Shown here piece after piece: positions 39,685 through 54,375 of a DNA stretch of 64,000 bases. The stretch is from Mizuhopecten yessoensis. Its lineage: Eukaryota. Every line of letters begins with the position of its first letter. Within the stretch, counting starts at the first letter, position 1. The position numbers and the translations under genes were made by a program. Under the pieces are notes generated by a model. The model was given only the letters and a program-made list of their open reading frames with translations, was not told the origin of the DNA and searched no databases. The stretch is taken from NCBI RefSeq assembly GCF_002113885.1, contig NW_018408897.1, forward strand, positions 543,151 through 607,150, given 5' to 3'.

Positions 39685-40770
39685 AACTCTGGACACAACA
39701 CCCTGGATATCTAACTCTGGACACAACACCCTGAATTCCTGACTCTGAACACAACACCCTGGATATCTAACTCTGGACACAACACCCTGGATATCTAACT
39801 CTGGACACAACACCCTGAATTCCTAACTCTGAACACAACACCCTGGATACCTAACTCTGGACTAAACACCTTGGATACCTGACCCTGGCAACAACACCCT
39901 AGATACCTATCTCTGGACTAAACAACTTGGATACCTATCTCTGGACTAAACACCTTGGATACCTGACCATGGCAACAACACCCTAGATACCTAACTCTGG
40001 ACTAAACACCTTGGATAACAACTACCTACATACCTAACTCTGGACTAAACACCTTGGATACCTAACTCTGGACTAAACACCTTGGATACCTAACTCTTGC
40101 CACAACACCTTGGATACTTAACTCTGGACACAACACCTTGATACTTAACTCTGGCCACATCACATTGGATACCTAACTCTGGACTAAACACATTGGATAC
40201 TTAACACTGACCACATCACATTAGATACCTAACTCTGGACACAACACCATGGATACTTAACTCTGGAAACAACACCTTGGATACTTAACTCTGGACACAA
40301 CACCTTGAATACCTTACTCTGGCCACAACAACTTGGATACCTTACTCTGGCCGCAACAGCTTGGATACCAAACCCTGGCTACAACACCCTAGATACCTAA
40401 CTCTGGACTAAACACCTTGGATACCTAACTCTGGACTAAACACCTTAGACACTTATCTCCGGATCAATAAATACCTAACTGTGGCCACAACACCTTGGAT
40501 ACTTAACTGTACATGACCACAACACCTTGGATACCTAACTCTGGCCACAACACATTGGATACATAACTCTGGACTTAACACCTTGGATACCTGACTCTGG
40601 CCACAACACCTTGGATACCTAACTCTGGACTAAACACCTTGGATACTTAACTCTGGACTAAACACCTTGGATACCTAACTCTGGCCACAACACCTTAGAC
40701 ACTTAACTCTGGATCAATTAATACCAAACTCTGGCCATAACACCGTGGATACCCAACTCTGTCCACCACA
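39685..40770. repeat. 28-bp minisatellite (ctaactctggacacaacaccttggatac)
   Basis: Tandem copies ending about 100 nt from the DBD1 exon donor. Confidence 0.93.
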
Positions 40771-40870
40771 TCTAGCGTTATGTACAATTTGTGAATTCCT
40801 TCGATAAAACACAGGGTAATGGGAGAGGTCGAAGAGATAGCTCTTAGCTTGAATGTGAATTGGTACTTAC

Positions 40871-41049
40871 TTTGCATGGTAGACAGACCAGGGCACCGAA
40901 ATAGTAGCCGGAGGCCTTTTCTCCACAAACTACGCAGATTTTCTCATCTTTGTCGTCGTCCAGTAAACACTCGTCACTAGCTTCTACTTTAATATCAGCG
41001 GGGAAACCCACGTCGTTGTCAAGTTTGGATGGAAAGTTGTATGAGGATG
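40871..41049 (-). CDS. 2DBD-NR exon: first zinc finger of DBD1 (ICVVCGEKASGYYFGALVCLPCK)
   Basis: Acceptor tttttatttcag and donor aaa|gtaagt; C-X2-C-X13-C-X2-C pattern. Absent from the ORF track in this frame. Confidence 0.93.
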
Positions 41050-43780
41050 CTGAAATAAAAACAAGTGTTCTGATAAAAATCAGTCAGAAAAATAGATTAT
41101 GGATGAACACAAAGTGATAATGATATGAACATTTTTAGATATCAAACAATCATACAAGTACCAAGTACTTTATATAGAAAACACCTACAACTGGCAATAA
41201 AAAATTGTTGTCTCGCTTGCCTAACAGCTCATCTGATGAACCCAATATCATACACCCTAATAATGTCAGCATGTCTGAAGTCCAATCATAAAATCATAAA
41301 AGTTTCTATAAACTGCTTGTGTGAACACGATAACACATGACTTGTCAAATGTATATGCACACGTTTTATCTAAATGTGGAAATAAAACTAGATAAATCAA
41401 TTTCCTCAGTTATCTGTCATGCAAATTCTAAAAGTGGCCATTAACACTCAATGAATGCTATCCCATCAAGACACATTTTAATTCAGATTTACAGTTTTTA
41501 CCCGTGTCTGCTTGTTACAGTCATGGATACATCCATGTAATGAAAATTAAATATACCCAAAATTTTGATAATAATCCATGGCTTATTTTCATTTTTAGTC
41601 ACAAATCTGAGGCTTATTTTCAAAACCATCTTATTTTCAAGATTGTCTTATGAATGAAGCCATTTAGACAGTAAGTAGTGTGCAGTTTATTTTCAATGCC
41701 ATCTTATTTCCAAGACCATTTAGGTGGTAAGCCATGTGGGGCATGCTATCTTGGCTGTTTTACTTTTGAAGCCTTTTAGATGGTGTTAAGTATGTTTTTC
41801 CATGACCTTTTTGGCTATGGCTGTCCCCAATTATTACATTTCTTTGTGCCATCATTACATTGCATTTATCATCCTTAAAAAAAACCTCAAAAATTTTCAT
41901 TATCCATTTTCAAGGCCTGCAAAGACTTATTTCTTAATGCCAGCCTATTTTCAAATCAGACAGATTATCAAGATTTTAGAGTTTAACATAAGGAAAAGAA
42001 CTGTAGACTGTAACTGTTACAGATAAAAAAATATTGTATCCATCTGGTGATGACAGAATATCACATTTATCTGGTGATGACAGAATATCACATTTATCTG
42101 GTGATGACAGAATGTCGTACATTATGTATTAATCTGTTGACGACAGATTATCATATTCTATAATACTGTCATACCTCAGTACAATTAAAGATAGAATTCA
42201 ATATTTGTTTATATGATTTAAAGAAAATACCACTTCTGGAGAGACAATATTTCAAGACATTTATAAAAACAAACATTTCAAATAAAAATTATAAAACGAT
42301 TTTATTGTGTTGTTTAAAAGACTGTCACGTCTGAGGCCCTTATCAACCGATGTGTTTTAGTTACTAATGTAATGAATGAATTTAATAATATTTTCACTTT
42401 GCCCGGGTTGTTAGTTTAATGAACAAATGACTAACCATGTTCATGTTTATGTGGCAAGCCTACACTGTAAGGAAAAAAATATTGGTTATGTCAGAAATCT
42501 GGCACCATCCCAGTGACCAGCTAGACTGGACTATCAACCTAGGACCAAAATGTCTCAAGAGCATTATTCCTTGAGTAGGTTTGGACAACAGTGTACACAA
42601 TACACATCATTTAGCTGGCTTTACACTCAATAGAGTAATCCCTATCAATCCAGATTACAATAGGCAAACACAGAGAGATTACATCAGGTAAAAATAGCAT
42701 GGAATATGGTAAACCCGTGAATCATACACCAAGGGACCGTCATAGAAATCAAAGAAACTCTAAATGTGAATGTTTGTAATTCATATTCAAAACAAAATCA
42801 GCCGTAACATTTCATCATGAAAACTTTTTTTATCAAAAAAGTCACTGTTTGTGTTAAGTGTTTTTTTCCCTATCTGAGGTTTTGGTTTGTGGAGTTGAAC
42901 ACCTGTAAGGAGGACACCAAGACAGGATGGTCCGCCCACATACACAGATTTACGGAGGGGAACCTGATCTGTAGTGAAGAGTTGTAATGAAGTCAATAAG
43001 TCTACAAGTAACCTGATACAATTATTTACAGACCAACTTGGTTTTTCCAACACCTGTAGATTTCTTCTATCAGGCAATCCTTTCAATTAAAAAACACACA
43101 AGAAATGGAGCTTTACCGACATAAAAGATATAAAGCTTTACCGACATAAAAGATATAAAGCTTTACCGACATAAAACCAGGTACAGGAATACAAAAACAC
43201 ACTCACAGTATATAACCCACACAAACATATAAAAAAAAATACAAAATATTAGACCTCTTCTACTTACAAAACATTACCAAGATTCACCTCCTTCACATAC
43301 AAATATACCAAAACACATATAACATATATATATATATCTCTTACAAAAATGAATACAAAAACACACCCCAGATAGATCTCTTTGACATACATGTACAAAA
43401 TTACATGTAACAATGACCTTTTTAATAACAACACACATACAAGGCAGCTACATGTAGACCACTGTTGACACACAAAATATATATCTTTACTTACATACAA
43501 AATATAAGCAATATAATCACTCTACCATAAACAGAAATCACTTAGGAGTACAACTCCTCACCACACAATTATGTTACCAACACATCTTCCTGAACATTCA
43601 CATGCAGATTATAATAACAGACACCTTAATTTGTTTAAATAAATGCTCATAGTTTTCTTTTTCTAAAGCAAAGACATACCAAAATTAGATTAACCTATAA
43701 AAACCAATACCTATTGGATCATGATCCTTCACTAAGCATTTAGTATCAGGTGGAATATTTATCCCCTGGACTGACGACAT

Positions 43781-44975
43781 TGGCCTCAGAACCAACTCAA
43801 CACTTACGCCCTTTGTGGCCTCAGAATTCACTCAACACTTACACCCTTTGTGGCCTCAGAACTAACTCAACACTTACACCCTTTGTGGCCTCAGAACCAA
43901 CTCAACACTTACACCCTTTGTGGCCTCAGAACTAACTCAACAATTACACCCTTTGTGGCCTCAGAACCAACTCAACAATTACACCCTTTGTGGCCTCAGA
44001 ACCAACTCAACAAATACACCCTTTGAGGCCTCAGAACCAACTCAACAATTACGCCCTTTGTGGCCTCAGAACTAACTCAACACTTACACCCTTTGTGGTC
44101 GCAGAATTAACTCAACACTTACACCCTTTGTGGTCGCAGAACTAATTCAACAATAACACCCTTTGTGGCCTCAGAACTAACTCAACAATTATGCCCTTTG
44201 TGGCCTCAGAACCAACTCAATACTTACACCCTTTGTGACCTCAGAACTAACTCAACACTTACACCCTTTGTGGTCGCAGAACTAACTCAACAATAACACC
44301 CTTTGTGGCCTCAGAACCAACTCAACAATTATGCCCTTTGTGGCCTCAGAACCAACTCAATACTTACACCCTTTGTGACCTCAGAACTAACTCAACACTT
44401 ACACCCTTTGTGGCCTTAGAACTAACTCAACACTTAAACCCTTTGTGGCCTCAGAACCAACTCAACACTTACATTTGTGGCCTCAGAACCAACTCAACAC
44501 TTACATTTGTGGCCTCAGAACTAACTCAACACTTAAACCCTTTGTGGCCTCAGAACTAACTCAACACTTAAACCCTTTGTTGCCTCAGAACCAACTCAAC
44601 ACTTACATTTGTGGCCTCAGAACCAACTCAACGCTTACATTTGTGTCCTCAGAACTAACTCAACTCTTAAACCCTTTGTGGCCTCAGAACTAACTCAACA
44701 CTTAAACCCTTTGCTGCCTCAGAACCAACTCAACACTTACATCTGTGGCCTCAGAACCAACTCAACACTTACATTTGTTGCCTCAGAACCAACTCAACAC
44801 TTACATCTGTGGCCTCAGAACCAACTCAACACTTACATCTGTGGCCTCAGAACCAACTCAACACTTACATCTGTGGCCTCAGAACCAACTCAACACTTCC
44901 ATTTGTGGCCTCAGAACCAACTCAACAATTACACCCTTTGTGGTCGCAGAACCAACTCAACACTTACGCCCTTTG
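43781..44975. repeat. 35/32-bp minisatellite (tggcctcagaaccaactcaacacttacaccctttg)
   Basis: 35-bp units grade into a 32-bp variant towards the right end. Confidence 0.95.
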
Positions 44976-46804
44976 TTGTTAACAAGTCTCATTTTTTTAA
45001 TCTTTGTGACTTGATCAACTGATATAGAGGTCGTAACGACCTTGGCTGACCAGTAGTGAGAGGGACAGAGTGGTACACACTCCCCATCTCATGGCCTACC
45101 AGGTTTAGGGATTTTAATGGCCATATTTACCTCCAAAGATGTCATGCCACCATCAAATTAAAAACAAACAGGCGAACATTTTAAACATGTGACGTTCCAC
45201 ACTGTAGCTAGTACATTAATAATCACACCAGTTCAATCCAAATAGATTTAGTTTAATGCTAAATTAAATGACTTTGAACACAGGTGTAAACACTGCAGGT
45301 AGGTTCACTTGTTTTGAGTTAAACATTTAAAATGAATAGCATATACATCTGTAATCAGGAGAATTATGATAATATAACACAAAGACCTCAATAAATTAAA
45401 ATTAACTTGTGATATACATGTAGCAATGGTTTTATATAATTATACCTGTCAGGTAATCATTACATTCATGTATTAATTACTCTAGGGACACAAAGCAAAA
45501 TAATATAGCTGCATCTTTATGTTTTGAGATGATGGCAAGATTATTTTTTTATTCAAGTTGTAACTGATTTAACAAGAGGCCACTTATCTTGTTTTTTTTC
45601 TAAATGTAACGCTCCATTGTGAACTACTCTTTTTCAAATTACAAACAATATATAAAACAGATTTGTTTTCAATAATAATAAAAAAAAATTTATCAAAGAC
45701 GAAACAAATAACTGCCTCCCGCAGTTTTAGTTAAAATATGTCATTTATCTTTCGCCAGAATTGCTTACCACAAGGAAAAGAACAAAAGTAGAAAGTCCCT
45801 CAGTATACATTAATATGAGTTGGAGAAATCTGATCAGGGTGGTACACTCACCCTCTCACATGTGACTGAACAATAAGAGTCAACTGGAAATTAATATACA
45901 TAAAAATCAAATACCGTAACGACCTTAACACCAGAACTGTGTCGATCAGAGAGTTCAGCAGAGACTAGGATCGCAAACCTAGCTCATCGAGTTATGTCTG
46001 AACCCTCACCGATTCCACCGTAAACCAGGAATGTTTAGTTGGCAGTCTGCGAGTGTTCGGAGACACTTTGAGAAGGGAACCATACATAGAGGGAAGAATG
46101 GGTTAAACTTTAGGGTTCATCACTCTGCCTCTCCCGCGTGGTCGAAATACAGGAAGGCTTGATGTCAATGTTTCAATGGCCTAGCACTTAAAGGTCAGGC
46201 CAGACACTTAGTACATGATATCAGTTGGGTACGGTGTCAAAAATGGTGTTAAATAAACCACAGCCACTGGTAATCCTACGGCCCGATTATTTCTGTGTGT
46301 TAACAATCTGCAGTTGTCAGCTACCTAAACATTTATCTATCAAAAACATATTCATAATTGGTTTGTTTGGTTCAATTGAGTGTTTGATTTGTGTTTTAAA
46401 AGTCCTTGTCGAAAATTTGTTTCAAAACGTTTTGGCATAGATAGTACACTTAATGTTGATATCATCAAATTATATTTGTACTTTCCTTTATATCATAAAA
46501 AGGATGATATTTGCCGATTTTATAACCACTATTCATCACCAATGAATTATTCATTTAATTTTGATATTGTTACAAGCTTGAATTAATTGGTTAAGCTTTT
46601 TAGATTTCTACATTAAAAACATCCCCTATAGATTTATATCGATTTGGACACTATTTACAGTCAAACCAATATGTTGAATTTCTATTTAATCAACAACATG
46701 CATTAACAAATAGACCAATTTGTTAGTGATTCCAGCAAACAGGATCAGCATGCAGTAGAGAATGGTAGCCATGGTGTAGTAGGAAAACACAGCGAGAACA
46801 AACT

Positions 46805-47540
46805 TCCTCATGCTCTGTGTTTTTATGTACAACATGTAGCTCTTCATGCTCAGTGTTTTTATGTACAACATGTAGCTCTTCATGCTCGTTGTTTTTATGT
46901 ACAATATGTAGCTCTTCATGCTCGTTGTTTTTATGTACAATATGTAGCTCTTCATGCTCGTTGTTTTTATGTACAATATGTAGCTCTTCATGCTCGTTGT
47001 TTTTATGTACAATATGTAGCTCTTCATGCTCGTTGTTTTTATGTACAATATGTAGCTCTTCATGCTCGTTGTTTTTATGTACAATATGTAGCTCTTCATG
47101 CTCGTTGTTTTTATGTACAATATGTAGCTCTTCATGCTCGTTGTTTTTATGTACAACATGTAGCTCTTCATGCTCGGTGTTTTTATGTACAACATGTAGC
47201 TCTTCATGCTCGGTGGTTTTGTGTACAACATGTAGTTCTTCATGCTCGGTGGTTTTGTGTACAACATGTAGCTCTTCATGCTCAGTGTTTTTATGTACAA
47301 TATGTAGCTCTTCATGCTCGGTGTTTTTGTGTACAACATGTAGCTCTTCATGCTCGGTGGTTTTGTGTACAATATGTAGCGCTTCATGCTCGGTGGTTTT
47401 GTGTACAATATGTAGCTCTTCATGCTCGATGTTTTTATGTACAATATGAAGCGCTTCATGCTCGATGTTTTTATGTACAATATGTAGCTCTTCATGCTCG
47501 GTGTTTTTATGTACATTATGGAGCTCTTCATGCTCGGTGT
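46805..47540. repeat. 36-bp minisatellite (tcttcatgctcgttgtttttatgtacaatatgtagc)
   Basis: About 20 copies. Confidence 0.95.
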
Positions 47541-47840
47541 TAAGCTATTTTAATGGTACTGATTGTGTTTTGGTTGATTAAATAATCTGAAAATAAACCC
47601 ACAAATCAAACCTGAATGCAAAACTTGTAACACAAAATAACAACTTTTGGTCATTTCCAATGTTTAAACCAATGACAAATGATCATAGTGGCGAACTTTT
47701 TACTTGGTATTTCTGTATTGTTGAAATCACTTCTTGTACAGTAAGCTAATACAATGAATGAAGTTCAACATGTGGCTATCAGGCCATGGCATACAATAAA
47801 AGTGTTTGTTTTAACCACTTTACAGTTTTATGTAGAGTAT

Positions 47841-48095
47841 GTGATGCATCAGTGTAAGACATCTAGAGTCCTTAACTATAGAGTGATGCATCTTCTTAAG
47901 ATAACTAGAGTCCTTAACTATATATTGATGCATCAGCTTAAGATAACTAGAGTCCTTAACTATAGAATGATGCATCAGCTTAAGATAACTAGAGTCCTTA
48001 ACTATAGATTGATGCATCATCTTAAGACATCTAGAGTCCTTAATTAACTATAGATTGATGTAATAGCTTTAAGATAACTAGAGTCCTTAACTAGC
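47841..48095. repeat. 42-bp minisatellite (gatgcatcagcttaagataactagagtccttaactatagaat)
   Basis: About 6 copies. Confidence 0.88.
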
Positions 48096-48217
48096 TCTAG
48101 CCTTTAGATAAAATTTAAGAGAGGGAATCCACACCTTCAATGAGAGTCTAAAAAAAAAGGTATATGTGTAGGGCATCATTGTAAGAGGACTGACCAAACC
48201 TGGGCAGCTTACCCGTG

Positions 48218-49245
48218 GGTGCCCTCCTTGTAAGGAGAATGGCTAAACTCAAACATGTAAGCAGGACATCCTCCTTGTAAGGGAAAATGGCTAAACCAGA
48301 ACATGTGAGCAGGGTCCCCTCGTTGTACGGGAAAATGGATAAACCCAAACATGTGGGCAGGGCACCCTCCTTGTAAGGGAAAATGGCTAAACCATAACAT
48401 GGGAGCAGGGCACCCTCCTTGTAAGGGAAAATGGCTAAACCAGATCATGTGTGCAGGACACCCTCCTTGTAAGGGAAAATGGCTAAACCAGATCATGTGT
48501 GCAGGACACCCTCCTTGTAAGGGAAAATGGCTAAACCAGATCATGTGTGCAGGACACCCTCCTTGTAAGGGAAAATGGCTAAACCAGATCATGTGTGCAG
48601 GACACCCTCCTTGTAAGGGAAAATGGCTAAACCAGAACATTTGAGCAGGCCACCCTCCTTGTAAGGGAAAATGGCTAAACCAGAACATATGAGCAGGGCA
48701 CCCTCCTTGTAAGGGAAAATGACTAAACCAGATCATGTGTGCAGAGCACCCTCCTTGTAAGGGAAAATGGCTAAACTCAAACATGTGAGCAGGACACCCT
48801 CCTTGTAAGGGAAAATGGCTAAACCAGATCATGTGTGCAGGACACCCTCCTTGTAAGGGAAAATGGCTAAACCCTAACATGTGAGCAGGGCACCCTCCTT
48901 GTAAGGGAAAATGACTAAACCAGATCATGTGTGCAGGGCACCCTCCTTGTAAGGGAAAATGGCTAAACTCAAACATGTGAGCAGGACACCCTCCTTGTAA
49001 GGGAAAATGGCTAAACCAGAACATGTGAGCAGGGCAGCCTCCTTGAAAGGGAAAATGGCTAAACCAGAACATATGAGCAGGGCACCCTCCTTGTAAGGGA
49101 AAATGACTAAACCCAAACATGTGAGCAGGGCACCCTCCTTGTAAGGGAAAATGACTAAACCCAAACATGTGAGCAGGGCACCCTCCTTGTAAGGAAATGG
49201 ACAAAACCTAGATATGTCCAAAGGGCACCCTCATTGTAAGGAATT
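48218..49245. repeat. 48-bp minisatellite (caccctccttgtaagggaaaatggctaaaccagatcatgtgtgcagga)
   Basis: About 21 copies. Confidence 0.95.
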
Positions 49246-50214
49246 AACAGACAAAACCTCTTGACATGTCTTCAGGGGGGCATAGACATAGATGCACACT
49301 GGATGCACTCGGCACTCCTATGATATTTTAATTCAATGATCTTTGAGGTTCGAAAGGGTACACATATTCTTAAAAGCAATTAAAAGTTATTGAACTATTT
49401 CATGAGAATCTTTACAAAGTGGGACTTAAAAACAGTACGCTATTGTGTTAACCCAGATATCTATATAATATAAAGGAATCTAACTTACTCAATTAATCAG
49501 ATTGATATTTAAACAAATTTATACTATGTAATTACCCCTTTTTACCCTCTTTAATTATCTCACAATCAATTGGTCTAGCTTTTGACATAATTAGATTGAG
49601 TGTAATGTACCCCCTTAGACCTACCCAGACCTTGATGATCCTGCTCTTTGAAGCAGACATATATCCAGTCCTATGCTCACTGTATTACTTACCTCATAAT
49701 GTACATATCCTTGATTAATAGATAACTTATTTCTCATTTAACATGTACTGATTCAACTCCTTCTTTATGACAGGATCATAAAGTTACAGGTGTATACATA
49801 GCAGTAAATGAAATATTATATCAGGAATTTTAAAATTCTACAAGAAGCTGATCACTGAACTACCAATAATAGTTACCTGGCAGACACAAACCACCCTAAC
49901 TCTAGGTCTGTAAAACAATGGTACAATACACTTGTATATGTCTCACCTGTAACACACCTGTAACACACACCTGTGTACCAAGCAATATAGGTTAGATGTA
50001 CAAGTATATTTTACAGGTGAGGTATAGAGATGAGATACCCTTTATGTAGTTCCTGGGATGAACACCTGTAGTCCTACCTGATCAGAATAGCTTACTTATA
50101 TATATATATATGTGGGTAATCAATCTATCTGATTTTCTAACCAAAGATATGGTGGATAAAAAAATCAATATAGGCATTTGCTTTCTTGAGTTATACCAGT
50201 AGCCAGTGTTGGAC

Positions 50215-52185
50215 TACAGACAGTCGAATAGATATATACAGACAGTTTAACAGATCCCTATAGATGCAGACAGCCACTATATACAGACAGTCACCAGATA
50301 CAGACAGCCACTATATACAGACAGTCACCAGATACAGACAGCCACTATATACAGACAGGCCACCAGATACAGACAGCCACTATATACAGACAGTCACCAG
50401 ATACAGACAGCCACTATATACAGACAGTCACCAGATACAGACAGCCACTAGATACAGACAGCCACTAGATACTGATAGGTCACTAGATAGGCCAGACAGC
50501 CACTATATACAGACAGCCACCAGATACAGACAGCCACTAGATACAGACAGGCCACCAGATACAGACAGCCACTAGATACAGCCATTAGATACAGACAGCT
50601 ATTATATACAGACAGGCCACCAGATACAAACAGCCACTAGATACAGCCATTAGATACAGACAGGCCACCAGATAAACCCAGGCCACCAGATACAGATAGC
50701 CACTAGATACAGCCAGATATTATATACAGACAGCCACCAGATACAGACAGACACTAGATACAGCCATTATAGATACAGACAGCCACTAGGTACAGCCATT
50801 AGATACAGCCAGCTATTATATACAGACAGCCACCAGATGCAGACAGCTACTAGATATTGATAGGCCAGACAGCTACTATATACAGACAGGCCACCAGGTA
50901 CAGACCGGCCACCAGATACAGACAGGCCATCAGATACAGACAGCCACTGGATACAGCCATTAGATGCAGACAGCTATTATATACAGACAGGCCACTAGAT
51001 ACAGACAGCCATTAGATACAGACAGCCACTAGATACTGATAGGCCACTAGATAGGCCAGACAGCTACTATCAACAGACAGGCCACTAGGTAACAGACAGC
51101 TACTAGATACTGATAGGCCAGACAGCTACTATATACAGACAGGCCACTAGGTGACAGACAGCCACTAGACACAGTTATTAGATACAGACACAGACACTAG
51201 ATACAGACAGACCACAAGATATAGACAGGCCACTAGGTACAGCCGTTAGATACAGACAGCCACTAGATACAGCCATTAGATACAGACAGCCACTAGACAC
51301 AGCTAATAGATATAGACAGCTACTATATACAAACAGGCCACCAGATACAGACAGCCACTAGATACTGATAGGTCAGACAGCTACTATACACAGACAGGCC
51401 ACTAGGTAACAGACAGCCACTAGACACAGTTATTAGATACAGACACAGCCCCTAGATACAGACAGACCACAAAATATAGACAGGCCACAAGATATAGACA
51501 GGCCACTAGGTACAGCCATTAGATACAGACAGCCACTAGACACAGCTATTAGATATAGACAGCTACTATATACAAACAGGCGACCAGATATAGACACAGC
51601 CACTAGACACAGCCATTAGATACAGACAGCCACTAGACACAGCTATTAGATATAGACAGCTACTATATACAAACAGGCGACCAGATATAGACACAGCCAC
51701 TAGACACAGCCATTAGATACAGACAGCCACTAGATACAGCCATTAGATACAGACAGCCACTAGGTACAGCCATTAGATACAGACAGCCACTAGATACAGA
51801 CAGACACTAGATACAGACAGACACTAGATACAGACATTAGTGACAGGCAGCCACTAGATACAGACATTAGTGACAGGCAGCCACTAGATACAGACATTAG
51901 TGACAGACAGCCACTAGATACAGCCATTAGATACAGACAGCCACTAGATACAGCCATTAGATACAGACAGCCACTAGGTACAGCCATTAGATACAGACAC
52001 AGCCACTAGATACAGTCATTAGATACAGACAGCCACTAGATACAGCCACTAGATACAGCCACCAGATACAGACAGCTACTATATACAAACAGGCCACCAG
52101 ATACAGACAGCCACTATACACAGCTATTAGATACAGACACAGCCACTAGACACAGCCATTAGATACAGACAGACCACCAGATATA
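50215..52185. repeat. Complex ~13-17-bp minisatellite (agatacagacagccact)
   Basis: Long degenerate tandem array. Confidence 0.92.
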
Positions 52186-53027
52186 CCTCTAATATTATCT
52201 CTACTATATTCACAGAGATCCAATATCCTTTAATTTGCAATCACTTCTGGTCACCAGCCATGTTGATTGACCAAGACTTTTTGTTATGCAAGGAGAAGTC
52301 ATTTTGCTGTTGATGTTTTGTAAATTTGCTCCAAACATGATTTCCACAGAAACAATATTTTCTTCGTAAATGGAAGGACATGAAACATTACCCTGCTCAA
52401 TCAAATAAATTACCTAATAGAAATAACAATCATTGTTTCCTCTGAACTTAAGTACATATATATTGAATTTGCACTTTTTTCTATTATAGAGACATAATGT
52501 TATGGTAATTCAGGTGCCAGAGTTCAATAACTAGAACTGTTTAATAGAAGGGTTCATAAAACTGCAGTCTGACGGAAACTAAGTCATACACAAATTGATG
52601 TTAGTATCACCATATCTTTTTAATTTGTTTAAGTGTTGGCTGTAAAATAAGTAAAACGTAATATCCAGGCCTTAAAATGAGAACAGTTAAGTCTGCATAG
52701 TAAACATACCTGGCCTGATTAGTTCTGTAATATTACCATCAAATTTCTTTTCTAGGGCAATAAAGCATATCACCTGTAAGAGTCGCCCAACACTGGATAT
52801 AAACTATAAAGAATCCTAAATTAAAATGTTCTCACTTAGTGGATGTTTATCAAATGAATTATGCTTCATTAAAGTGACTCATCATTCATGGTTAAAATCT
52901 ATTATTGGATGAGGAGAGAGGTTGACCAAACAACATCACAAATTTTTAAACTTAAATAAAATGGTAAATTAATTTACTAATCTGATAAAGCGAGGACAAA
53001 CAACTGATAAATCAGGTACTGTAGAAA

Positions 53028-54375
53028 GGGAATTGATCAGGAACACAAGAAACCTGGTAATAGTTATTGGGAACTGATCAGGAACACAAGAAACCTGGTC
53101 ATAGATATTGGGAACTGATCAGGAATACAAGAAACCTGGTATTCGTTATTGGGAACTGATCTGGAATACAAGAAACCTGGTAAAAGATATTGGGGATTGA
53201 TCTGGAATACAAGAAACCTGGTATTAGAAATTGGGAACTGATCAGGAACTCAAGAAACCTGGTAATAGATATTGGGGATTGATCTGGAACACAAGAAACC
53301 TGGTACTAGATATTGGGGATTGATTTGGAACACAAGAAATCTGGTACTAGATATTAGGGATTGATCTGGAACACAAGAAACCTGGTAATAGATATTGGGG
53401 ATTGATCTGGAACACAAGAAACCTGGTAATAGATATTGGGAACTGATCTGGAACACAAGAAACCTGGTAATAGATATTGGGAACTGATCAGGAATACAAG
53501 AAACCTGGTAATAGTTATTGGTAACTGATCTGGAATACAAGAAACCTGGTAATAGATATTGGGGATTGATTTGGAACACAAGAAACCTGGTATTAGATAT
53601 TGGGGATTGATCTGGAACACAAGAAACCTGGTAATAGATATTGGGAACTGATCTGGAATACAAGAAACCTGGCAATAGATATTGGGGATTGATCTGGAAT
53701 ACAAGAAACCTGGTAATAGATATTGGGAACTGATCAGGAATACAAGAAACCTGGTAATTGATATTGGGAACTGATCTGGAACACAAGAAACCTGGTAATT
53801 GATATTGGGAACTGATCTGGAACACAAGAAACCTGGTAATAGATATTGGGGATTGATTTGGAACACAAGAAATCTGGTACTAGATATTGGGGATTGATCT
53901 GGAACACAAGAAACCTGGTAATAGATATTGGGGATTGATTTGGAACACAAGAAACCTGGTATTAGATATTGGGGATTGATCTGGAACACAAGAAATCTGG
54001 TACTAGATATTGGGGATTGATCTGGAACACAAGAAATCTGGTACTAGATATTGGGGATTGATCTGGAACACAAGAAATCTGGTACTAGATATTGGGGATT
54101 GATCTGGAACACAAGAAACCTGGTACTAGATATTGGGGATTGATCTGGAACACAAGAAATCTGGTACTAGATATTGGGGATTGATCTGGAACACAAGAAA
54201 CCTGGTAATAGATATTGGGAACTGATCAGGAATACAAGAAACCTGGTAATAGTTATTGGGAACTGATCTGGAATACAAGAAACCTGGTAATAGATATTGG
54301 GGATTGATCTGGAATACAAGAAACCTGGTAATAGATATTGGGAACTGATCAGGAATACAAGAAATCTGGTACTGG
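53028..54375. repeat. 41-bp minisatellite (gaacacaagaaacctggtaatagatattggggattgatctg)
   Basis: More than 30 copies. Confidence 0.95.

Noticed and set aside
45930-46262. Possible degraded SINE (ends aaaatggtgttaaataaacca)
   Set aside because: No convincing A/B boxes or TSD, so it is too weak to call.
46686-49221. 281-aa, 210-aa and 331-aa repetitive ORFs (SMKSYILYIKT; Cys-rich metallothionein-like; FSHFPLQGGCPAHM)
   Set aside because: Products of 36-bp and 48-bp satellites that are open on both strands.
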